Source: Camelus dromedarius (Eukaryota). Taken from it: a stretch of DNA of 64,000 nt. This document shows positions 53,001-64,000 of this stretch, one piece after another. The position numbers and the translations under genes are program-made. The stretch is from NCBI RefSeq assembly GCF_036321535.1, contig NC_087436.1, forward strand, positions 1,116,001 through 1,180,000. The letters run 5' to 3'. Each line of letters begins with the position of its first letter. Positions within the stretch are counted from its first letter, which is position 1. The notes under the pieces were generated by a model. It was given only the letters and a program-made list of their open reading frames with translations. It was not told the origin of the DNA and made no database searches.

Positions 53001-56000
53001 ACTGTAAAACCGAGTTGGAGCTTGTACCTCCCCATATATATGTATGGAATGGAGTTTGCAACTGAAAAGAAACTTTGTGTTCCCAACAAGCTAGGTGAAG
53101 GACGGCTTTCACACACACTTATCTCTCAGAACTGAGCAAGTGGAGAGACGTTCGTTCATCTAGCACCAAGGGAACGGGTTGCAGGAGACACTTTCTCTCT
53201 GCTTCCTCAGTCTGTTTCCTAGTGCCGGTTTGAAGTTCCTGCAGTTTTCACTGTAAAACCGAGTTGGAGCTTCTACCTCCCCATATATATGTATGGAATG
53301 GAGTTTGCAACTGAAAAGAAACTTTGTGTTCCCAACAAGCTAGGTGAAGGACGGCTTTCACACACACTTATCTCTCAGAACAGAGCAAGTGGAGAGACGT
53401 TCGTTCATCTAGCACCAAGGGAACGGGTTGCAGGAGACACTTTTTCTCTGCTTCCTCAGTCTGTTTCCTAGTGCCGGTTTGAAGTTCGTGCAGTTTTCAC
53501 TGTAAAACCGAGTTGGAGCTTGTACCTCCCCATATATATGTATGGAATGGAGTTTGCAACTGAAAAGAAACTTTGTGTTCCCAACAAGCTTGGTGAAGGA
53601 CGGCTTTCACACACACTTATCTCTCAGAACTGAGCAAGTGGAGAGACGTTCGTTCATCCAGCACCAAGGGAACGGGTTGCAGGAGACACGTATTCTCTGC
53701 TTTCTCAGTCTGTTTCCTAGTGCCGGTTTGAAGTTCCTGCAGTTATCACTGTAAAACCGAGTTGGAGCTTGTACCTCCCCATATATATGTATGGAATGGA
53801 GTTTGCAACTGAAAAGAAACTTTGTGTTCCCAACAAGCTAGGTGAAGGACGGCTTTCACACACACTTATCTCTCAGAACTGAGCAACTGGAGAGACGTTC
53901 GTTCATCTAGCACCAAGGGAACGGGTTGCAGGAGACACTTTTTCTCTGTTTTCTCAGTCTGTTTCCTAGTGCCGGTTTGAAGTTCCTGCAGTTTTCACTG
54001 TGAAACCGAGTTGGAGCTAGTACCTCCCCATATATATGTATGGAATGGAGTTTGCAACTGAAAAGAAACTTTGTGTTCCCAACAAGCTAGGTGAAGGACG
54101 GCTTTCACACACACATATCTCTCAGAACTGAGCAAGTGGAGAGACGTTCGTTCATCTAGCACCAAGGGAACGGGTTGCAGGAGACACTTTTTCTCTGCTT
54201 TCTCAGTCTGTTTCCTAGTGCCGGTTTGAAGTTCCTGCAGTTTTCACTGTAAAACGGAGTTGGAGCTTCTACCTCCCCATATATATGTATGGAATGGAGT
54301 TTGCAACTGAAAAGAAACTTTGTGTTCCCAACAAGCTAGGTGAAGGACGGCTTTCACACACACTTATCTCTCAGAACTGAGCAAGTGGAGAGACGTTCGT
54401 TCATCTAGCACCAAGGGAACGGGTTGCAGGAGACACTTTTTCTCTGCTTTCTCAGTCTGTTTCCTAGTGCGGGTTTGAAGTTCCTGCAGTTTTCACTGTA
54501 AAACCGAGTTGGAGCTTCTACCTCCCCATATATATGTATGGAATGGAGTTTGCAACTGAAAAGAAACTTTGTGTTCCCAACAAGCTAGGTGAAGGACGGC
54601 TTTCACACACACTTATCTCTCAGAACAGAGCAAGTGGAGAGACGTTCGTTCATCTAGCACCAAGGGAACGGGATGCAGGAGACACGTTTTCTCTGCTTTC
54701 TCAGTCTGTTTCCTAGTGCCGGTTTGAAGTTCCTGCAGTTATCACTGTAAAACCGAGTTGGAGCTTGTACCTCCCCATATATATGTATGGAATGGAGTTT
54801 GCAACTGAAAAGAAACTTTGTGTTCCCAACAAGCTAGGTGAAGGACGGCTTTCACACACACTTATCTCTCAGAACTGAGCAAGTGGAGAGACGTTCGTTC
54901 TTCTAGCACCAAGGGAACGGGTTGCAGGAGACACTTTTTCTCTGTTTTCTCAGTCTGTTTCCTAGTGCCGGTTTGAAGTTCCTGCAGTTTTCACTGTGAA
55001 ACCGAGTTGGAGCTAGTACCTCCCCATATATATGTATGGAATGGAGTTTGCAACTGAAAAGAAACTTTGTGTTCCCAACAAGCTAGGTGAAGGACGGCTT
55101 TCACACACACATATCTCTCAGAACTGAGCAAGTGGAGAGACGTTCGTTCATCTAGCACCAAGGGAACGGGTTGCAGGAGACACTTTCTCTCTGCTTCCTC
55201 AGTCTGTTTCCTAGTGCCGGTTTGAAGTTCCTGCAGTTTTCACTGTAAAACCGAGTTGGAGCTTCTACCTCCCATATATATGTATGGAATGGAGTTTGCA
55301 ACTGAAAAGAAACTTTGTGTTCCCAACAAGCTAGGTGAAGGACGGCTTTCACACACACTTATCTCTCAGAACAGAGCAAGTGGAGAGACGTTCGTTCATC
55401 TAGCACCAAGGGAACGGGTTGCAGGAGACACTTTTTCTCTGCTTTCTCAGTCTGTTTCCTAGTGCCGTTTTGAAGTTCCTGCAGTTTTCACTGTAAAACC
55501 GAGTTGGAGCTTCTACCTCCCCATATATATGTATGGAATGGAGTTTGCAACTGAAAAGAAACTTTGTGTTCCCAACAAGCTAGGTGAAGGACGGCTTTCA
55601 CACACACTTATCTCTCAGAACAGAGCAAGTGGAGAGACGTTCGTTCATCTAGCACCAAGGGAACGGGTTGCAGGAGGCACTTTTTCTCTGCTTTCTCAGT
55701 CTGTTTCCTAGTGCCGGTTTGAAGTTCCTGCAGTTTTCACTGTAAAACCGAGTTGGAGCTTGTACCTCCCCATATATATGTATGGAATGGAGTTTGCAAC
55801 TGAAAAGAAACTTTGTGTTCCCAACAATCTTGGTGAAGGACGGCTTTCACACACAATTATCTCTCAGAACTGAGCAAGTGGAGAGACGTTCGTTCATCCA
55901 GCACCAAGGGAACGGGTTGCAGGAGACACGTTTTCTCTGATTTCTCAGTCTGTTTCCTAGTGCCGGTTTGAAGTTCCTGCAGTTTTCACTGTAAAACCGA

Positions 56001-57499
56001 GTTGGAGCTTGTACCTCCCCATATATATGTATGGAATGGAGTTTGCAACTGAAAAGAAACTTTGTGTTCCCAACAAGCTAGGTGAAGGACGGCTTTCACA
56101 CACACTTATCTCTCAGAACTGAGCAAGTGGAGAGACGTTCGTTCATGTAGAACCAAGGGAACGGGTTGCAGGAGACACTTTCTCTCTGCTTCCTCAGTCT
56201 GTTTCCTAGTGCCGGTTTGAAGTTCCTGCAGTTTTCACTGTAAAACCGAGTTGGAGCTTCTACCTCCCCATATATATGTATGGAATGGAGTTTGCAACTG
56301 AAAAGAAACTTTGTGTTCCCAACAAGCTAGGTGAAGGACGGCTTTCACACACACTTATCTCTCAGAACAGAGCAAGTGGAGAGACGTTCGTTCATCTAGC
56401 ACCAAGTGAACGGGTTGCAGGAGACACTTTTTCTCTGCTTTCTCAGTCTGTTTCCTAGTGCCGGTTTGAAGTTCCTGCAGTTTTCACTGTCAAACCGAGT
56501 TGGAGCTTCTACCTCCCCATATATATGTATGGTATGGAGTTTGCAACTGAAAAGAAACTTTGTGTTCCCAACAAGCTAGGTGAAGGACGGCTTTCACACA
56601 CACTTATCTCTCAGAACAGAGCAAGTGGAGAGACGTTCGTTCATCTAGCACCAAGGGAACGGGTTGCAGGAGACACTTTTCTCTGCTTTCTCAGTCTGTT
56701 TCCTAGTGCCGGTTTGAAGTTCCTGCATTTTTCACTGTAAAACCGAGTTGGAGCTTGTACCTCCCCATATATATGTATGGAATGGAGTTTGCAACTGAAA
56801 AGAAACATTGTGTTCCCAACAAGCTAGGTGAAGGACGGCTTTCACACACACTTATCTCTCAGAACTGAGCAAGTGGAGAGACGTTCGTTCTTCTAGCACC
56901 AAGGGAACGGGTTGCAGGAGACACTTTTTCTCTGTTTTCTCAGTCTGTTTCCTAGTGCCGGTTTGAAGTTTCTGCAGTTTTCACTGTGAAACCGAGTTGG
57001 AGCTAGTACCTCCCCATATATATGTATGGATTGGAGTTTGCAACTGAAAAGAAACTTTGTGTTCCCAACAAGCAAGTTGAAGGACGGCTTTCACACACAC
57101 ATATCTCTCAGAACTGAGCAAGTGGAGAGACGTTCGTTCATCTAGCACCAAGGAACGGGTTGCAGGAGACACTTTTTCTCTGCTTCCTCAGTCTGTTTCC
57201 TAGTGCCGGTTTGAAGTTCATGCAGTTTTCACTGTAAAACCGAGTTGGAGCTTGTACCTCCCCATATATATGTATGGAATGGATTTTGCAACTGAAAAGA
57301 AACTTTGTGTTCCCAACAAGCTAGGTGAAGGACGGCTTTCACACACACTTATCTCTCAGAACAGATCAAGTGGAGAGACGTTCGTTCATCTAGCACCAAG
57401 GGAACGGGTTGCAGGAGACACTTTTTCTCTGCTTTCGCAGTCTGTTTCCTAGTGCCGGTTTGAAGTTCCTGCAGTTTTCACTGTCAAACCGAGTTGGAG

Positions 57500-60400
57500 C
57501 TTCTACCTCCCCATATATATGTATGGAATGGAGTTTGCAACTGAAAAGAAACTTTGTGTTCCCAACAAGCTAGGTGAAGGACGGCTTTCACACACATTTA
57601 TCTCTCAGAACTGAGCAAGTGGAGAGACGTTCGTTCATGTAGCACCAAGGGAACGGGTTGCAGGAGACACTTTTTCTCTGCTTTCTCAGTCTGTTTCCTA
57701 GTGCCGGTTAGAAGTTCCTGCAGTTTTCACAGTCAAACCGAGTTGGAGCTAGTTCCTCCCCATATACATGTATGGAATGGAGTTTGCAACTGAAAAGAAA
57801 CTTTGTGTTCCCAACAAGCTAGGTGAAGGACGGCTTTCACACACACTTATCTCTCAGAACTTAGCAAGTGGAGAGACGTTCTTTCATGTAGCACCAAGGG
57901 AACGGTTTGCAGGAGACACTTTTTCTCTGCTTTCTCAGTCTGTTTCCTAGTGCCGGTTTGAAGTTCCTGCAGTTTTCACTGTAAAACCGTGTTGGAGCTT
58001 GTACCTCCCCATATATATGTATGGAATGGAGTTTGCAACTGAAAAGAAACTTTGTGTTCCCAACAAGCTAGGTGAAGGACGGCTTTCACACACACTTATC
58101 TCTCAGAACTGATCAAGTGGAGAGACGTTCGTTCATCTAGCACCAAGGGAACGGGTTGCAGGAGACACTTTTTCTCTGCTTTCTCAGTCTGTTTCCTAGT
58201 GCCGGTTTGAAGTTCCTGCAGTTTTCACTGTAAAACCGAGTTGGAGCTTCTACCTCCCCATATATATGTATGGAATGGAGTTTGCAACTGAAAAGAAACT
58301 TTGTGTTCCCAAAAAGCTAGGTGCAGGACGGCTTTCACACACACTTATCTCTCAGAACTGAGCAAGTGGAGAGACGTTCGTTCATCCAGCACCAAGGGAA
58401 CGGGTTGCAGGAGACACTTTTTCTCTGCTTTCTCAGTCTGTTTCCTAGTGCCGGTTTGAAGTTCCTGCAGTTATCACTGTAAAACCGAGTTGGAGCTTGT
58501 ACCTCCCCATATATATGTATGGAATGGAGTTTGCAACTGAAAAGAAACTTTGTGTTCCCAACAAGCTAGGTGAAGGACGGCTTTCACACACACTTATCTC
58601 TCAGAACAGAGCAAGTGGAGAGACGTTCGTTCATCTAGCACCAAGGGAACGGGTTGCAGGAGACACTTTTTCTCTGCTTTCTCAGTCTGTTTCCTAGTGG
58701 CGGTTTGAAGTTCCTGCAATTTTCACTGTCAAACCGAGTTGGAGCTAGTACCTCCCCATATATATGTATGGAATGGAGTTTTCAACTGAAAAGAAACTTT
58801 GTGTTCCCAACAAGCTAGTTGAAGGACGGCTTTCACACACACATATCTCTGAGAACTGAGCAAGTGGAGAGACGTTCGTTCATCTAGCACCAAGGGAACG
58901 GGTTGCAGGAGACACTTTTTCTCTGCTTTCTCAGTCTGTTTCCTAGTGCCGGTTTGAAGTTCCTGCAGTTTTCACTGTAAAACCGAGTTGGAGCTTGTAC
59001 CTCCCCATATATATGTATGGAATGGAGTTTGCAACTGAAAAGAAACTTTGTGTTCCCAACAAGCTTGGTGAAGGACGGCTTTCACACACACTTATCTCTC
59101 AGAACTGAGCAAGTGGAGAGACGTTCGTTCATCCAGCACCAAGGAAACGGGTTGCAGGAGACACGTTTTCTCTGCTTTCTCAGTTTGTTTCCTAGTGCCG
59201 GTTTGAAGTTCCTGCAGTTTTCACTGTAAAACCGAGTTGGAGCTTCTACCTCCCCATATATATGTATGGAATGGAGTTTGCAACTGAAAAGAAACTTTGT
59301 GTTCCCAACAAGCTAGGTGAAGGACGGCTTTCACACACACTTATCTCTCAGAACAGAGCAAGTGGAGAGACGTTCGTTCATCTAGCACCAAGGGAACGGG
59401 ATGCAGGAGACACTTTTTCTCTGCTTTCTCAGTCTGTTTCCTAGTGCCGGTTTGAAGTTCCTGCAGTTTTCACTGTAAAACCGAGTTGGAGCTTCTACCT
59501 CCCCATATATATGTATGGAATGGAGTTTGCAACTGAAAAGAAACTTTGTGTTCCCAACAAGCTAGGTGAAGGACGGCTTTCACACACACTTATCTCTCAG
59601 AACAGAGCAAGTGGAGAGACGTTCGTTCATCTAGCACCAAGGGAACGGGTTGCAGGAGGCACTTTTTCTCTGCTTTCTCAGTCTGTTTCCTAGTGCCGGT
59701 TTGAAGTTCCTGCAGTTATCACTGTAAAACCGAGTTGGAGCTTGTACCTCCCCATATATATGTATGGAATGGAGTTTGCAACTGAAAAGAAACTTTGTGT
59801 TCCCAACAAGCTAGGTGAAGGACGGCTTTCACACACACTTATCTCTCAGAACTGAGCAAGTGGAGAGACGTTCGTTCATCTAGCACCAAGGGAACGGGTT
59901 GCAGAAGACACTTTTTCTCTGTTTTCTCAGTCTGTTTCCTAGTGCCGGTTTGAAGTTCCTGCAGTTTTCACTGTGAAACCGAGGTGGAGCTAGTACCTCC
60001 CCATATATATGTATGGAATGGAGTTTGCAACTGAAAAGAAACTTTGTGTTCCCAACAAGCTAGTTGAAGGACGGCTTTCACACACACATATCTCTCAGAA
60101 CTGAGCAAGTGGAGAGACGTTCGTTCATCTAGCACCAAGGGAACGGGTTGCAGGAGACACTTTTTCTCTGCTTTCTCAGTCTGTTTCCTAGTGCCGGTTT
60201 GAAGTTCCTGCAGTTTTCACTGTAAAACCGAGTTGGAGCTTCTACCTCCCCATATATATGTATGGAATGGAGTTTGCAACTGAAAAGAATCTTTGTGTTC
60301 CCAACAAGCTAGGTGAAGGACGGCTTTCACACACACTTATCTCTCAGAACAGAGCAAGTGGAGAGACGTTCGTTCATCTAGCACCAAGGGAACGGGTTGC

Positions 60401-63400
60401 AGGAGACACTTTTTCTCTGCTTTCTCAGTCTGTTTCCTAGTGCCGGTTTGAAGTTCCTGCAGTTTTCACTGTAAAACCGAGTTGGAGCTTCTACCTCCCC
60501 ATATATATGTATGGAATGGAGTTTGCAACTGAAAAGAAACTTTGTGTTCCCAACAAGCTAGGTGAAGGACGGCTTTCACACACACTTATCTCTCAGAACT
60601 GAGCAAGTGGAGAGACGTTCGTTCATCCAGCACCAAGGGAACGGGTTGCAGGAGACACGTTTTCTCTGCTTCCTCAGTCTGTTTCCTAGTGCCGGTTTGA
60701 AGTTCCTGCAGTTATCACTGTAATACCGAGTTGGAGCTTGTACCTCCCCATATATATGTATGGAATGGAGTTTGCAACTGAAAAGAAACTTTGTGTTCCC
60801 AACAAGCTAGGTGAAGGACGGCTTTCACACACACTTTTCTCTCAGAACAGAGCAAGTGGAGAGACGTTCGTTCATCTAGCACCAAGGGAACGGGTTGCAG
60901 GAGACACTTTTTCTCTGCTTTCTCAGTCTGTTTCCTAGTGCCGGTTTGAAGTTCCTGCAGTTTTCACTGTGAAACCGAGTTGGAGCTAGTACCTCCCCAT
61001 ATATATGTATGGAATGGAGTTTGCAACTGAAAAGAAACTTTGTGTTCCCAACAAGCTAGGTGAAGGAAGGTTTTCACACACACTTATCTCTCAGAACTGA
61101 GCAAGTGGAGAGACGTTCGTTCATCTAGCACCAAGGGAACGGGTTGCAGAAGACACTTTTTCTCTGTATTCTCAGTCTGTTTCCTAGTGCCGGTTTGAAG
61201 TTCCTGCAGTTTTCACTGTGAAACCGAGGTGGAGCTAGTACCTCCCCATATATATGTATGGAATGGAGTTTGCAACTGAAAAGAAACTTTGTGTTCCCAA
61301 CAAGCTAGGTGAAGGACGGCTTTCACACACACATATCTCTCAGAACTGAGCAAGTGGAGAGACGTTCGTTCATCTAGCACCAAGGGAACGGGTTGCAGGA
61401 GACACTTTTTCTCTGCTTCCTCAGTCTGTTTCCTAGTGCCGGTTTGAAGTTCCTGCAGTTTTCACTGTAAAACCGAGTTGGAGCTTCTACCTCCCCATAT
61501 ATATGTATGGACTGGAGTTTGCAACTGAAAAGAAACTTTGTGTTCCCAACAAGCTAGGTGAAGGACGGCTTTCACACACACTTATCTCTCAGAACAGAGC
61601 AAGTGGAGAGACGTTCGTTCATCTAGCACCAAGGGAACGGGTTGCAGGAGACACTTTTTCTCTGCTTTCTCAGTCTGTTTCCTAGTGCCGGTTTGAAGTT
61701 CCTGCAGTTTTCACTGTAAAACCGAGTTGGAGCTTCTACCTCCCCATATATATGTATGGAATGGAGTTTGCAACTGAAAAGAAACTTTGTGTTCCCAACA
61801 ACCTAGGTGAAGGACGGCTTTCACACACATTTATCTCTCAGAACTGAGCAAGTGGAGAGACGTTCGTTCATGTAGCACCAAGGGAACGGGTTGCAGGAGA
61901 CACTTTTTCTCTGCTTTCTCAGTCTGTTTCCTAGTGCCGGTTAGAAGTTCCTGCAGTTTTCACAGTCAAACCGAGTTGGAGCTAGTTCCTCCCCATATAC
62001 ATGTATGGAATGGAGTTTGCAACTGAAAAGAAACTTTGTGTTCCCAACAAGCTAGGTGAAGGACGGCTTTCACACACACTTATCTCTCAGAACTTAGCAA
62101 GTGGAGAGACGTTCTTTCATGTAGCACCAAGGGAACGGTTTGCAGGAGACACTTTTTCTCTGCTTTCTCAGTCTGTTTCCTAGTGCCGGTTTGAAGTTCC
62201 TGCAGTTTTCACTGTAAAACCGTGTTGGAGCTTGTACCTCCCCATATATATGTATGGAATGGAGTTTGCAACTGAAAAGAAACTTTGTGTTCCCAACAAG
62301 CTAGGTGAAGGACGGCTTTCACACACACTTATCTCTCAGAACTGATCAAGTGGAGAGACGTTCGTTCATCTAGCACCAAGGGAACGGGTTGCAGGAGACA
62401 CTTTTTCTCTGCTTTCTCAGTCTGTTTCCTAGTGCCGGTTTGAAGTTCCTGCAGTTTTCACTGTAAAACCGAGTTGGAGCTTCTACCTCCCCATATATAT
62501 GTATGGAATGGAGTTTGCAACTGAAAAGAAACTTTGTGTTCCCAACAAGCTAGGTGAAGGACGGCTTTCACACACACTTATCTCTCAGAACAGAGCAAGT
62601 GGAGAGACGTTCGTTCATCTAGCACCAAGGGAACGGGTTGCAGGAAACACTTTTTCTCTGCTTTCTCAGTCTGTTTCCTAGTGCCGGTTTGAAGTTCCTG
62701 CAGTTTTCACTGTAAAACCGACTTGGAGCTTCTACCTCCCCATATATATGTATGGAATGGAGTTTGCAACTGAAAAGAAACTTTGTGTTCCCAACAAGCT
62801 AGGTGAAGGACGGCTTTCACACACACTTATCTCTCAGAACAGAGCAAGTGGAGAGACGTTCGTTCATCTAGCACCAAGGGAACGGGTTGCAGGAGACACT
62901 TTTTCTCTGCTTTCTCAGTCTGTTTCCTAGTGCCGGTTTGAAGTTCCTGCAGTTTTCACTGTAAAACTGAGTTGGAGCTTCTACCTCCCCATATATATGT
63001 ATGGAATGGAGTTTGCAACTGAAAAGAAACTTTGTGTTCCCAACAAGCTAGGTGCAGGACGGCTTTCACACACACTTATCTCTCAGAACTGAGCAAGTGG
63101 AGAGACGTTCGTTCATCCAGCACCAAGGGAACGGGTTGCAGGAGACACTTTTTCTCTGCTTTCTCAGTCTGTTTCCTAGTGCCGGTTTGAATTTCCTGCA
63201 GTTATCACTGTAAAACCGAGTTGGAGCTTGTACCTCCCCATATATATGTATGGAATGGAGTTTGCAACTGAAAAGAAACTTTGTGTTCCCAACAAGCTAG
63301 GTGAAGGACGGCTTTCACACACACTTATCTCTCAGAACAGAGCAAGTGGAGAGACGTTCGTTCATCTAGCACCAAGGGAACGGGTTGCAGGAGACACTTT

Positions 63401-64000
63401 TTCTCTGCTTTCTCAGTCTGTTTCCTAGTGGCGGTTTGAAGTTCCTGCAATTTTCACTGTCAAACCGAGTTGGAGCTAGTACCTCCCCATATATATGTAT
63501 GGAATGGAGTTTTCAACTGAAAAGAAACTTTGTGTTCCCAACAAGCTAGTTGAAGGACGGCTTTCACACACACATATCTCTGAGAACTGAGCAAGTGGAG
63601 AGACGTTCGTTCATCTAGCACCAAGGGAACGGGTTGCAGGAGACACTTTTTCTCTGCTTTCTCAGTCTGTTTCCTAGTGCCGGTTTGAAGTTCCTGCAGT
63701 TTTCACTGTAAAACCGAGTTGGAGCTTGTACCTCCCCATATATATGTATGGAATGGAGTTTGCAACTGAAAAGAAACTTTGTGTTCCCAACAAGCTTGGT
63801 GAAGGACGGCTTTCACACACACTTATCTCTCAGAACTGAGCAAGTGGAGAGACGTTCGTTCATCCAGCACCAAGGAAACGGGTTGCAGGAGACACGTTTT
63901 CTCTGCTTTCTCAGTTTGTTTCCTAGTGCCGGTTTGAAGTTCCTGCAGTTTTCACTGTAAAACCGAGTTGGAGCTTCTACCTCCCCATATATATGTATGG
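57500..64000. repeat. Duplicated block 57.5-59.3 kb vs 61.7-64 kb (offset 17 then 19 monomers)
   Basis: cacagtc...agttcctccccatatac and cggtttgc recur at +4233 (57768/62001). gtgcagg, gtggcgg, gcaatt, ttttcaac, tctgaga and aggaaacg recur at +4731 (58497/63228, 59017/63748). Two extra monomers lie at ~62490-62990. Confidence 0.88.

Larger units (their letters stand above)
1..64000. repeat. Tandem satellite DNA array, 249-bp monomer, ~257 head-to-tail copies, extends beyond both window ends
   Basis: The same unit recurs throughout. Consensus: ccatatatatgtatggaatggagtttgcaactgaaaagaaactttgtgttcccaacaagctaggtgaaggacggctttcacacacacttatctctcagaac[t/a]gagcaagtggagagacgttcgttcatctagcaccaagggaacgggttgcaggagacactttttctctgctttctcagtctgtttcctagtgccggtttgaagttcctgcagttttcactgt[a/c/g]aaaccgagttggagct[t/a][g/c]tacctcc. 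The landmark ATGTATGG is at 9, 257, 506 ... 63993, and 63993-9 = 257x249 - 9. Most monomers carry one PstI site (ctgcag). Confidence 0.99.

Noticed and set aside
506..63960. About 110 near-identical 60-106-aa ORFs (MYGMEFATEKK..., MEWSLQLKRN...); monomer length is a multiple of 3
   Set aside because: These are translations of the satellite. About half the units carry a TGA from the aac[t/a]gag polymorphism, no frame stays open across units, longer versions come from 1-bp deletions, variants are mostly non-synonymous, and I recognise no domain.
1..64000. CRISPR-like or variable-cassette array
   Set aside because: There are no unique spacers. The whole 249 bp is repeated with only point variants, and no cas, recombinase or reverse transcriptase gene is present.

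Overview
The whole 64 kb window is one uninterrupted, head-to-tail, single-orientation tandem satellite array. It holds about 257 copies of a 249-bp monomer (~45% GC) and runs off both ends. I see no credible protein-coding genes, RNA genes, transposon insertions or CRISPR arrays; the ~60-aa ORFs in the track are repeated translations of the monomer. The array looks like eukaryotic (peri)centromeric or heterochromatic satellite, but I do not recognise the family or organism. The information lies in the variant pattern: an old 5/10-monomer periodicity is overlaid by nested younger duplications (2-, 3-, 5-, 6-, 12-, 16-, 17/19-, 22- and 33-mers), and one crossover maps to a 37-bp interval. There are nine net 1-bp deletions and no insertions, a transversion-rich variant spectrum, and two more diverged domains (38.9-40.8 kb and 54-64 kb). 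The most unusual monomer-level feature is a ~97-nt imperfect fold-back hairpin in every unit. I found no evidence for a new gene-based system.
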